A stretch of DNA of 64,000 nt from Raillietiella orientalis (lineage: Eukaryota). The stretch spans positions 868,001 through 932,000 of the forward strand of contig JAYWIR010000031.1 of NCBI GenBank assembly GCA_036172245.1, read 5' to 3'. The stretch's first letter is position 1, and each line of letters opens with the position of its first letter. A program made the position numbers and the translations under genes. The notes under the pieces are model-generated. The model did no database searches, was not told the DNA's origin, and saw nothing but the letters and a program-made list of their open reading frames with translations. This document shows positions 39,880-51,230 of this stretch, in pieces.

Positions 39880-40130
39880 GAAAGCGTCCAGGCACTTCCA
39901 AGTCTAGCACCTCTCTTGCTGTTTGGATCGTTCACCTCTGTTCCCAGCTCTCCTTGGACTGCGATGTTACCAATCATCAGTAAAGGCAATGCTTTTTTCA
40001 CCCTGAAAACTTGAAATCTGTGAAAGCTGTGCAGAACCATGGCGACACGGAAACCCTTCCCCATCGCCATTTTAAAGCGAGCTTGCAAAGGAATGGAAGA
40101 AGCATTCACCACAACTTACGATGACCACTG
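39880..40130 (-). mobile_element. Possible highly decayed non-LTR reverse transcriptase fragment
   Basis: VVNASSIP...GKGF...VQGELG...KRGARLGSAW loosely follows the DxxNAFDSIP...RGVRQGxxLSP order. Weak match. Confidence 0.3.
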
Positions 40131-42419
40131 TGCTGCGTCCACCTGCGACAGCACCTTTCACCCTTATCAGAATTCTGCTACTTGTGATTCTAGGTCATGC
40201 ACTTACTTGCCGTTTGAAAGGTCATTGTTTGACTGGGATGTTGCGGAGCTTTGAACCCCGAAGGTAATAAGATAATCTCCGAGATGAGAAATTTCTCGCA
40301 TGAGCAGCGGAAGCGAAAGAATGGAAAGAAGCTATTTGAGGTTTCTAAATGCATTCGCGATCATCGTGGGTAACTTTTAAAACAGTTACTCAAAGGAAGT
40401 CAGGAGTGAAAATGCACGTGGTTTGGGGCCTCCTGCAGCATGTGACGATTTTTGTCTAAGTGTAGGTATGTGATAGTGGCTTAAGGGAGCACATTTATTT
40501 CTTCAGGTAAAACAGGGGAAAGAGCTACGTTTCGGCAGCACATTCGTTTCCTCCCTTTTTTTTTTTAATGGTTGTAAATCTTTTTACAAGAATTGAAAGA
40601 GAAGAAAGATAAGGCAATCGTGCTTGTAATCTTTTTAGACCATTTAAAAACTTATGAGTAATTCGAAAAATTTTCAAATGAGCATGACTGCTTCTTCATA
40701 TACATACATACATGCATATGAACACAGATATGCTTATGTATGTATGCATGAAAGAGTATAGATGACGCGTGCGCGCTCAGCATATATACATATTATTAGA
40801 AATAAGTTTCTGCTTAGGAAGGAGCATGGAGTGATTAATGGTTTTCATAGTACATAAAACGACAATATAACAGCAATTTTCCTTCAGCTTGCTTCCCGAC
40901 TTGCCTTTAAGACACATGAGCTCGTAAGGGCTCTAGAATTTTAGAAGACTATGAAAATGGTCCATGCATCCAATTGCTTTCGGGGAAACTTGCAGGAAGA
41001 GCAGATCGTGCATCTGATTCTAGATGAGCTGCTGCCCAGTATACCATGGTGATACTTGTCCTGGAAGATTTGGCTTTCTCCTGATCAATCAGCAAATCCT
41101 ATCGTCAAAATCCGCGGCTTCAATAGAAGCAGAGGCTCCATGAATCCGTGCTTTGGCATGTCCATCATTCATCAAAAATAAACTACGTGTGGAATTTAAC
41201 ATATAATTTTTCCGCATCCATGTTTAATGTACTTCGTTAATCCATGCAACAGTCTGCACGTCATCAAAGCACGGAAGGTAAAAAGCAAACCCTTTCGTTC
41301 GGAGGAACCACTTGGGGATAAAGATTAGTTTAAGACGGTCCTCAACCTCGCTCCTCCCTGAAAAATTAGCTTCAGCTTCAGTTGACGAGTTCAAAACTAC
41401 AATGTTAATGTGATAATGAGCATTCGGGAGAATACGTGCCAGTCTCTTTGCCCTACAGCACTCGTTTCTGCCGTCCCTGAGTGACTCAACCGCAGGGAGG
41501 CTGCATCCCTTTCGAAATTCTCCGACGGTGCCGTGCAGTTGCAAATCCAGATCACACCCGGCTCGCCTTTTCCCCGCCGTTTCGTTCGAAACGGACGCGA
41601 AACAGAAATCTCGTCCCGTCGATTTTTGATGACTTATATAAAAATGCATAGGGACAGCTTGAATTGACGAAAGGAGAAGCCTCGAAGTGTCGCTGCTCTC
41701 GAGCACGAGTCGACATGCTAGGCGAACGGAATGACCAGCCAAAATATTTCATCTTCGCGGAGGACGTAGCAAGAAGCGTTCATTTTGCGTCCGCAACATT
41801 GGAACGACTGGCAATTACCAGATTGGTTTTATTATGGACGCGTATAGTAGATTATAGGCTCCATTCATACCCAACTTTGCCTGAAACGGTGTTAGCTCTT
41901 TCGGATTACTTCATGCAGGGGCGTAGAAGGGACGACCTCGGACCAAGAAGCAAATTTTTGCCTCCGGTTATCCGCAATGCTCGCTGCATCCGGGACCCAG
42001 TCGTTGCAATTGGGCAGACCTGTCGTCTGAAATGACCAAGCGAGCTTCCCACCCATGGGCCCGATCAAAAACGTTTCCAAACATCCAAGTGGCATACGGT
42101 CTTTTCCTTCATCGCTTCCATCGGAATTCCTTGATCCGACACGCCTGACGGATTTTTCGCAACTGCTCCTATCCAAGAAGCTCGTTTCCAGGGTGACCCT
42201 TATCGTTTTGTGGCTCGGCGATGATTTAGCGATGGAGTTTCGTTTTTTGAGGCTGCTTCGAAACTCTTGTTAAGATCGCTACGCTGCTGCCACGAAGGTT
42301 AGATCGCGTCCTCCTTGATCGTTCTCTTGACAACAAAAAGTCACGGAGAACGCGGAGCAGTCTCAAAACTCCAGTCTCAGCTCCCTGCGTGTACACAGCG
42401 CTACTAGTTTTGGGATTGA

Positions 42420-42810
42420 GTCCCGCTTTCGTAATTCCGGTGCCCAAAGGGGTGAAGGAAGGGCAACGGATGACCTCGAAACCCTCGAAGGCAAAGTTAG
42501 CTGGATTCCCGGCATTGGAAAATGTTTCCTTATCCATTCCACCTTGTGAAAGGGCTTGCATGAGTTTTGACTCTTCTAGCCGAATGAATTCCGTATTTTC
42601 TATTCCCCATGTTTTGTCATCTCCGACAGAAGCAGTGGCAAAGGTCGCTCAGGTTTGTGGTACAGCAGTGGACGCCGGTGTTTGACATCTTCCATAAGCA
42701 ACTAGGGACAAGAGGAGGAAAAGGTCGTTCGATGGCTTTATTTGATCTCAGGACTAAGCACAGTCCTTGTGTTGATGGTGTGGCCCTTCTCCTGAAGAAC
42801 TAAGGTTGTT
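42420..42810 (+). mobile_element. Possible decayed non-LTR reverse transcriptase fragment
   Basis: AFVIPVPKG...KQLGTRGGKGRSMALFDL...VALLL resembles AxVIPIPK...QxGFRxGRS...LDL. Frameshifted. Confidence 0.35.
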
Positions 42811-44249
42811 TGAGTGATCGTGTTTTAAAGACATTTTTTTTAGGAATGCTGGCGTATTTAGTACTGAAACCATCCAATTTTAACAGAGCTTCACTCGAAT
42901 ATCTTGAACGTGCAAAATGACCTGCAGCATTTCAAGATGTTGCCTTTCCCTATCAAGGGCATCTGCAATCGGGAAATAGGAATCTCTGCCTGTTCGTTCT
43001 TTAGTGAACAACCTGAAGATGAGCTGGTTCATGCTATATTGGAATTCACAGAGTGAAACTCGGGTATTTGATTTTTGAACCGCTCACGTCAGTACACACT
43101 CTGATAATGCAGTTCTGCATGGTTCACTGTAACTCTCTTCTAAAGTCAGCAGGGCTATTTCACCAAACCCATTTCGGCACAGCGAATCCTATTCGTATCA
43201 AATGATGATTTTGCTATATGCCTGAGAAAGGGATGCAGGCAAAATACTACTCAGTCTATCCTGTCCCACGGTAACGTTCACCCATCATACAAATACGTCT
43301 GTATCTTAAAATGTTCAATTCGAATGCCACGGTTCGAATCTGAAACCGTCGAGGTAACCACGCTGAGAAGCCTGCAGAAGCAACACAATCTACTAGAAGT
43401 TTAGGAAAGCATTCTCACCTTTTGATAGAATGCTTTCTATCAAAAATTGAGCTCTGATTTGAGAGAGAGAGAGACAAGCAGATTCACCAGTGCTTTTCTT
43501 AACCTTAATGGCAAAGAGAACGGTGGAAGAGCAGGAGCATTTCTTTTGCATGAGTGAATTACTTCCTCTGGAGTCAGCTTGTCTTCATATCTTTGGAGGG
43601 GATGTTCAGACCAGAAGCCTCAGAGGAAGACTTTTGTGCGTAGAGGAACTAACAAAGAGCGGTTTCCAGCTTAACACCTGTATCGAAGTGGGGAGACTAT
43701 CTCTTGCAGTAACAAGGCCCTGAAATGCACGAGCTGACAGACATCTATGCGCGTAAAATAGCTGCTGACCTTGGGTGGATCGCGACTCTTTTGAAACATT
43801 TGATTAGTTGAGGTATCTGTAAGAAAATCGCCCAGATGGGTTCTAAGGAACGTGGCACCAGAACCGGGTCAGGTAAACGCCGGAAGAGGATCAACACCGG
43901 AAGATCCCGGATCTCATTGAACCTTACTTTCTGATCCCACTGCAGATGAGTCTTGCAAGCCGTTTTCAATCCATCAAGCAAAGGCATGGCCCAAGAGTGA
44001 AACGCTTCTCGAGACAAGGACTAGAATGGCAGGCCCACGTCCATGGAAACAGTCATCCGCATCCCTGGAAGCCTTTTAGACTTCAGGGGACTCAAAGTCA
44101 CACTCTCAGAAGTTCTCAGATTTTTGGAAGAGTTCATCGCCGAACGAAAGAGAAGAAAAAAACACGTTGTCAAGAGCCCGTGCAGTTGTGTATCTGCGTT
44201 TTCTTTTCCCCCTTCACGCTTTCCGAGCTTCAAATGTGCACCTATGCGT

Positions 44250-44740
44250 AAATCTAGCTTCTTTCTCTCTGTCATCCCTTTGATCTTTCAGGAACTTCTG
44301 TGCAGAAATGCATTTCGATGAGATTGCTCGAAATGACCCCACTGACCGGCCAGATTCGACATCGTACGAACGCATCTTTTTCTGACGCGTGGCATATTAT
44401 ATATTAAAAGAATGGTGAGCTTCCGCTATGATTCAACAAGGCCATCAGCAATGTGAATATCAGCGAAGGCGCTCAGGGATCTGCGAAAAAACTCTCCTTC
44501 AAGCAAGTGAGCAATTATTCCGTCAGCGGAATAAACCCTCGCGGTCTCAGAAAACCCTCAAATTTTACGATTACCTCACGTGGATAACAAGGCTTTCGTG
44601 AAATTCCTTGATAGCTGTGGGGCGGGCTCCATCACGCTTGCCAAACTCAGGACGATGGCAAGGGCGGCAAACCAAGACACCTTGGCACTTACCACAGGTC
44701 ACATGGGAGCCGGAAAATCAAGGGAACTGGAGAGTAATAT
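44250..44740 (-). mobile_element. Possible decayed non-LTR reverse transcriptase fragment
   Basis: SRNFTKAL...IIAHLLEG...IADGLVES..SPF-FNI...IYA* follows the DFxKAFD / GVPQGSxLSPxLFNI / YADD order across frameshifts. Confidence 0.3.
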
Positions 44741-47700
44741 TGCTGTGAGTGTCAAGAGGTCAGCCCATTTGCATTTCCGAAAGAGATCCTTTCCCAGGTG
44801 AGCATCTCCGAATTCGTACTTCCCTTCAAGGGCTTTCGGTGTAAGCAGAACCGAGAAGAAAACAGCTCTGGAAGATCCGGAGGGAATCCGAAAGGAAAGT
44901 AACTCGAAGATCCAAGAAACAAAGTAGGGGTGAGGCAGAGCTGAAGGGAGAGGAAGGAAGGAATAAATCAATTAGACAACTTCAAAGTGCTCCAGATTAT
45001 CGGAAAAAGGATCGACTCATGCGTGCGCATCAAACAGACTTCAGCCGTGTTTCCTCGTTGTGTCTGCCAACACTCAGCAGCTTTTCAGCTTTCTTTGCTG
45101 ATCAGGAATGACTGTTTTCATACACCTTTGCTGCTCTGATTACCGGAAGAATGACGAAACTTCTCTTGATCTGTGCTTTGCCACCTCTTGAGAGATGCCT
45201 GTTGGCAAAATGTCTGAAAAAAAAATGTCGCAGTCGGGAAAATCAATCTTTTAAAGATTGAGCAGATATCAAACTGCTGCATTCTCAGAAAAAAAAAAAA
45301 AAAAATGCTTGTCCTCTTATATACATTAAAACAACTCACATATTACACATCAAGGGACATTGCAAATATTTTAAACACGTCTATTAATAAATGAGAAAAA
45401 TAGAAAAGAATGCAATAAATATTATACATTAAAAGAATTCTGCATTATGTATCTGTCGGTCTATGTTTTTGCAAACAAATGAAAATTAGGAGTTTTAACA
45501 TATTTGTCTACATGTCTACATTTGTCTACATTACTTTAATATATCTGTCCACATTCTACATTCATTTAGTATGAAGAAAAGCATTATTATTATGAAGAAT
45601 TTATCATAATAAGGAAAGTTCATTCTATTTCAACGGAAACACAGTGCACCAAAATGTAACTAAAAGAGATAACTCTTTTACTTCTGACCACGGGGCAGTT
45701 TGGCTTTCAAGTCTTTACTCAAGAGCACTTCTGTCTTGCAAACCTTGCAATGGATGCTGCTTCTTTATCAATAAACTTAGCTGGATTTTTTTATAGGAAC
45801 GATGCCTCTATCTTCCTTCCGATACATTTCCCGAAACAGAGTTGAGCAGCAGATCTTCACGATGTGCCGTCATTCCATTCGCCCTTGACACTTCGTAGTT
45901 TCTTCCGCCCGATTTCCAGTTTGTGAAAGTTTCCCAAGCAAGCTGTGATTCCCTACTCACATGCCACAATCATACTTTTTGCTTCCATTTTCATCTTCCC
46001 ATTCCCAATTATTCCAGCATCAGCCTACGAACCGTCAACATCTCATCTTTCCAGAGATCCATTACCCTATTAATGAACCCGTTGATTTCATTTGCAAATT
46101 CCTGCTTTCCACACCGACCGATCGGTTTGTATTTCTTTTTGGTTTCCCGGGACTTCTGTTTTCCTTCCTTGTCGATCGTACACATAACTAATTTCCCTTC
46201 GTATTTCTTCCAATGTCCTTCTTGCTACTTCAATAGAAAGCTCCAGTACACTTCCAGCTTGAGCTCCATTGCTGCTGAAGAACCTGAACGAGCACGAGTT
46301 TTTCAAATAATGTTGCTTTTAAGATAGAGATTTGAACTTGTAATCCTTGTGTGGATCATATTCCAGAGATACGATGACTTTCAGTGTAGGAAGGAAAATT
46401 TAACGCCTCTTAACTGAAGGTTATATGGTCCAAGTGCTCATTGGAACGACCATTCGTACTCATATTAGGGACTTTCAGGCGCTATTCCAAGAATTCGAAT
46501 CGCTTCTTTCACAATCGTTCCTTATCCTTTACAAATTTATTTTGACGTCAAAAGAGTAGCTCTTATGATCCGAAATCGCAAATTCTTCTCAAGAAGCTTC
46601 GTCAAGATGACTGGCAGCACTAAGGTTTTCATGCTTCATGTGCTTCTCGAGTGATGTCCCACGATCTTGACTCAATTCTGGCATGTGATCTAGCATTCTC
46701 TTTCTGCCGTCCAAATCCTCCACAAAATCATCACGATGCTTCACTTAGCGTGCCTTGAGGAGCACGAAGAAACTCGATTGACTTATTGGTCCCAATAAAA
46801 AGTCACTTGTGATCACTCACGTTTTGAATCGTCTAATAAAGGTTCTTGGCTTACTCAGACAAGCGGTTTGAAGTAGGAAATTTCGGGAATTCGTCTGCTG
46901 GGAAGGAAGTTTTTTTCAAGGAGCATTTCTGAAGTCTAGCAAACCAAAACTGATTTTTTTTTTTTTATCGCCTTCATCTTTTTGAGTCATATTCTTTGAG
47001 ATACGTGTTGAGCTTTCACCTTTTAATGAAAGGAACGGCACTGCAACACAATGATGGAAGAAAGAGCAAAGAATCATTTTCCCCTAATGATTGCTTGGAT
47101 ACGAGGGCACGAAGATACATCGTTTTTACAAGTATTTTTCTTTGCTTAATCTTGTAATGCCATGTGAGTCTATCACCGAGTTCTTACCCGGCCCTGTAGC
47201 CAAAAGTGAGTGCACTGTGTGAATCCCGTTCCTAAAATGGCTGAACGTATTTTTCAGATGATATTTAAAGATTGCTTAGTTCATCATGCTTATCATGTGT
47301 TGCGATATCCTGTGTTTCGATTTGCTGCAATCTTTAAGCTTCATTCTCTTCTAAGATGAAGAAAAAAAAAATTGAAAACAAAGGAAACGAAAATCTTCCT
47401 AAGGGAAGGAATCTTGGGAAGCTGCCACGCCCGTCAGAACAGAGATTCTGTGCGCCTCTTGTAGTATGATATTATGAAATAGTCCAATACTTCCTGTTGG
47501 AAAGGAAGATATGCTAGATCTGCACTTGACCAGTCATAGAAGCTGTAGCTCAGCGGAAAAGTCCCAAGGACTATCCTTGCTGAAATCCTACTGCTGCCTT
47601 TTTTTTTGTTCGCAAAACTCAAGCATAAACAAAAGCAAAGGAAAGTATTTCACGTTTCCTCAGCAAAGATTTGCGCAATTTGCATAGGGCAAGTGAGCTT

Positions 47701-48221
47701 TTGCCTCCCAAGATCGGTATTCCAATTCCAACTGAACATGTAGTCATCTTATTTCGAGGCAGACTCTTTAACCTTCTCAAAACTTTCAGGTCTTCCAAGC
47801 CATCCAGTGGCGGCGTTTCCTGCTACTTTCTCGCGTCTCAATTCCGACCCTGTGGAGGCGAAGGAATCTTTCGACAAGGTTTCCCTAGGGAGCGGCTGAC
47901 CTGATGGGACATATCTTCAGAATGCATGTCTTCAGTACAAAGCTTAGGGAATGTGTATGCTTCAAACATTGTCGGTGCAGAAATTTCGGTACAGAAATTT
48001 CGTTTACGTCATTTGCTTTGACAAATGCATCATCACTGTCCAAAATTTCAGCGTGAGATGTACAAAAGCAGAGCAAATGGGTCCATGAATCAGCCACTTG
48101 AGAATCAGGTGGAATCAAACGTCGAGCAAATGCGAAGAGAGCTACAGGAGCAGCCAAATGAAACTGTGACACGGAAGAAGTGAAAGCAACCATGAAATAC
48201 GGGTTCTTCACGTCGTCATGT

Positions 48222-48975
48222 CGCGCCGGAAGCCCTGTGGTTACGGTGGTCTCTGCGCGTGGTGCCAGGCATCGCGGGTTCGAATACTCCGAAACGAATC
48301 GACTCCGAGTGCGTCATGGGTTCGAGTTCCTCCTGCAAGATGACGCTGGTCGGCCTACATTCATTCGGGTGAGACACTGGTAGCAGTTCGAACCGGATGC
48401 CTCCGATGAGGTCTGGGACAATGGGAGTCGACCTTCGGGTCCTTCCAGGAATCGAGGAGCGGGTTGACCCCTGCGGTTGTGAAGTGGCAGACCCCCGGGA
48501 AACCTCCGCGTCGTACTGACGGAGGCAGTGTGTTGCCACTTCTCCAGAGACTGCAGAGAACCGAGCCGATCCCTTCGGGGAAGCTGCGTCCTTCCGAATT
48601 TCGGAAGCGTCCCTTAGGGGTTCTCTTCAGAAAGCAAACAGGAGCGGTTCCCTTGCGAGTTCCCTTCGGAGAAGAAATTTTCACTAGCGGATCCTTTCCA
48701 GGTTCCCTCCGGAGAAGCAAAATGGAGTTGACCCCTCAGAGGGTCCCTCCGGAGAGAATAAGTAAAGAGATTCCCTTCAGGGTTCCCCTTAGGAGACAAG
48801 AGTGACTTCTATTCCGGGGTGAGAGGCATGAGAGGAACGGACTCCGAACCCTCCCTGGATTCACAGGGCAGATCCTTCCCGGGGCACCCCCTACCTTGGA
48901 GAATTACACAAAGAGTGAATCCATTCTTTCCTCTCTATCTCCTGGACGCAGCTAAACGATTCTTTATCTTCCTCG
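48222..48975 (+). mobile_element. Copy A of a tRNA-headed, SINE-like structured repeat family
   Basis: A-box-like AGCCCTGTGGTTA and B-box-like GGTTCGAATAC (48277-48287), with GTG at an anticodon-like position. Collinear similarity to copies at 49.7, 57.1 and 63.7 kb through shared hairpins and subrepeats. No target-site duplication identified; ends are approximate. Confidence 0.7.
48310..48394 (+). ncRNA. Candidate degenerate HDV-like ribozyme in copy A
   Basis: P1 48310-16/48341-47, P2 48319-27/48386-94, P3 48328-30/48338-40, L3 UCCUGCA, GG at 48348-49 for P1.1, P4 48350-80. Departures from consensus: +1 is U, one P3 mismatch, short J4/2. Confidence 0.45.
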
Positions 48976-49699
48976 AAGTGAAGTGCAGTTCTGTACCCTG
49001 ACTCCGTGTCATGTGTATTGGTTTCCTGTGTGACTTGATGTTTTCGGATCCGAAAGTCTCTTTTGCCTCCCTTAATGGGATTTTTCTTTAGTGCCAACCT
49101 ATCTTGGTTCGTGATACCTTCAGAAGTGAGGGGATTACATTTGGAACAAAATCCAACTGGTACCTTGAACAGTGCTAATTTTTATGCGACAGGTTTCCAG
49201 TCAGCTGAAGATGCAGCACCTTCGAACGGAAGCCAGCAGTGCCTCATTCAATGCTCTTTAACTGAATCCTGCCTTATGCTGTAGGTACGCTTTCAGATCT
49301 CACGGAAAGCCCAAACAACCACGGCACTTGCCTTGACGGAAGAAGCAGTTCGATGGCCCGCATCGGCAACCGTGTGGGTACCGGTCAAATCCTTGGGTAC
49401 TCCTAATAGTATACAGAAGGACTCATTGCGGTCCCCAGAGCTGAGACTGCTCTCACATGCAGGCAGCAGATGAGATTTCTGAGATCTCTCAAAGAAGTGA
49501 CTGAGGACGCGATCACAGGCGCGGGCAAGCAGTGACACCTGGAATCGAAACGGGTGCATCCGTTTCGCCTAGCACTCGGAAAGGATGCACAGCACGACTG
49601 GCGATAGGCAGGCCAGAGGAGATTTGATTCTATGGAAACAGCTCCCCTCGTGGAGAAAAGAAACGATGAGATTCCCGAGTCACAGAACAAGTTTACCCG

Positions 49700-50440
49700 C
49701 CTTGGCGGCCTCCTGGCACCGAGCGCTGCAGGTGCGAATCCCCACGTGCAGGTTCGACGCCAGAGAAATGGGGTGAGCATCGTGGGTTTCCAGTCACCTC
49801 CAAAGGACGACGCTGGTTCGCCTATAGGCATCGGGTGCGGCACTGGCGAATGCCGGAAACCCCTGGATTCCCCCGTTGACTGGCCGGGATTGGAAGTTGA
49901 CCCTTCGCGGTCCTTCCAGGACCTCAAGGAGCCGGTTTTCCCGGCTGTGAAAATGGGGTCATCCCTCCCTCGGACCCTCCATCGCTCACCCCGGAGCTAG
50001 TTACCTCTCCATAGTGTAAGAAACGCGCTGCTCCCTTCGGGAAAGCGCGCTTCAGAGAAATCGGGAAGAGTCCCCTAGGGATTCTCTTCAGGGAGGGAAA
50101 CAAGAAGCAGATCTTTCCAGGAGCTCTCTCCGGAGAAGAAATTCCAAGAGTGGATCCTTTCTGGGTTTCCTTCGGAGAAGAAGTGAGGAGGAGTTCCCAC
50201 AAACCGTATGGTCCCTCCGGAGACCATAAGGAAGAGATGGCTCCCTTCTGGGTTCCCTACCAAGCGTGAGAGAGACTGCTCCCTCCGGAGCCTTCCTGGA
50301 TTCATAGGGTAGTTCCTTCGGAGCCACACTTCCCCAGCTTGAAGGGTTACACGCGCCTTCGGGTGGCGTGGGCAATGTGAAAGATTTTTTCGTGAGCCCC
50401 CGTTCTCTAAGGAGGCGAACGATTCCTCAGTACTCGACGG
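49700..50440 (+). mobile_element. Copy B of the structured repeat family (more diverged head)
   Basis: Shares the pseudoknot module, bulged UUCG hairpin (49891-49918), subrepeat array and GATTCA hairpin (50294-50309); 78 nt are identical to copy D. Confidence 0.7.
49776..49862 (+). ncRNA. Candidate degenerate HDV-like ribozyme in copy B
   Basis: P1 AGCAUCG/CGACGCU followed by GG, P2 GGGUUUCC/GGAAACCC, P3 ACC/GGA, L3 UCCAAA, and a GGCGAAUG segment like the HDV genomic J4/2. Confidence 0.4.
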
Positions 50441-50829
50441 CCGCCGGTTCCGTAGACTGTCCTGTGCTTTTCTCTTGCCTTGCTCAAACTCACTCACGTT
50501 CTGTGTGGAAAGAAAGAATCGACCACAGGCGAGAGCGCCGCGGGCGTTGCGATTTGTTGCATTCAAGTTTCTGCGGAATGAATGAATCATCTGAATTTTT
50601 GATCTTAAAAGAAAGGGTAGGAAATGACCCTTGAGCCCCCTCCCGTAGTATTCGATCCCTTTGAACAAAGTTATGTAAATGCTTGATTAAACGAAACGAC
50701 TAGTCATATAACGACCATAAATATATTTAATCGACTGATGATTTCTAAGCCACATGTATTTACTGTCAACTCCAGCATTTCATACAATAATTTTGCCGCA
50801 TATTTGCGGGGGAGGAGGAAGGAGGAGGA

Positions 50830-51230
50830 TTAAATCGAAAAGCATTCTGGAAAGTTGCTGCTCTGCTACGGATGGAGGCCGCTCCTGCAGTTCCAGCAGC
50901 GGCATTTCGGAAAGCGGAGTGCGGAGAATTCTCAAGGACCTGCTGCCTCTGCATCGTGATGCTGGACTCAACATGATGCTGGCAAAACTGGAAGTACAAG
51001 TCCAGACAGCAGCGAGGGAGCGGCAAATTCGGTTCTAAACTCCGTAATCACAGCAGGATAAAGGGCTTGTGGTTATCCTTCGAAGGACTCGGTCTCGCTG
51101 CAGCGGATGCACCCATGGACCTCCCACCTTCCGCTGGATTGCAATGCTTGCTGAAGCGATGCCGTGGATGCACGCCTTTTGGACCAGCACAGAACTGCTC
51201 CATCCTGTCCAATGCCCTGGAATAGTGCCT
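50830..51230 (-). mobile_element. Decayed non-LTR (LINE) reverse transcriptase fragment
   Basis: RALDRMEQFCAGPKGVHPR (GPDGIHPR-like), DNHKPFILL (NYRPISLL-like), LSP..CRGSRS (QHGFRxGRS-like) and FQNAF/DLI (DFxKAFD-like) occur in the correct order. Confidence 0.6.

Noticed and set aside
44551..44797. Plus-strand exon-like ORF with a Walker A-like TGHMGAGKS between AG and GT
   Set aside because: No partner exons or Walker B; such a motif can occur by chance in six frames; the opposite strand resembles an RT relic.
48222..48292. Functional tRNA-His gene (also 57065-57133)
   Set aside because: T-stem and anticodon stem do not pair properly and there is no oligo-T terminator; treated as a tRNA-derived head.
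48395..48450. Hammerhead ribozyme (CCGATGAG resembles CUGAUGA)
   Set aside because: The core has a mismatch and there is no GAAA after the candidate stem II.
48565..48800. CRISPR-like array
   Set aside because: Units are imperfect tandem repeats without unique spacers, there are no cas genes, and the context is eukaryotic.
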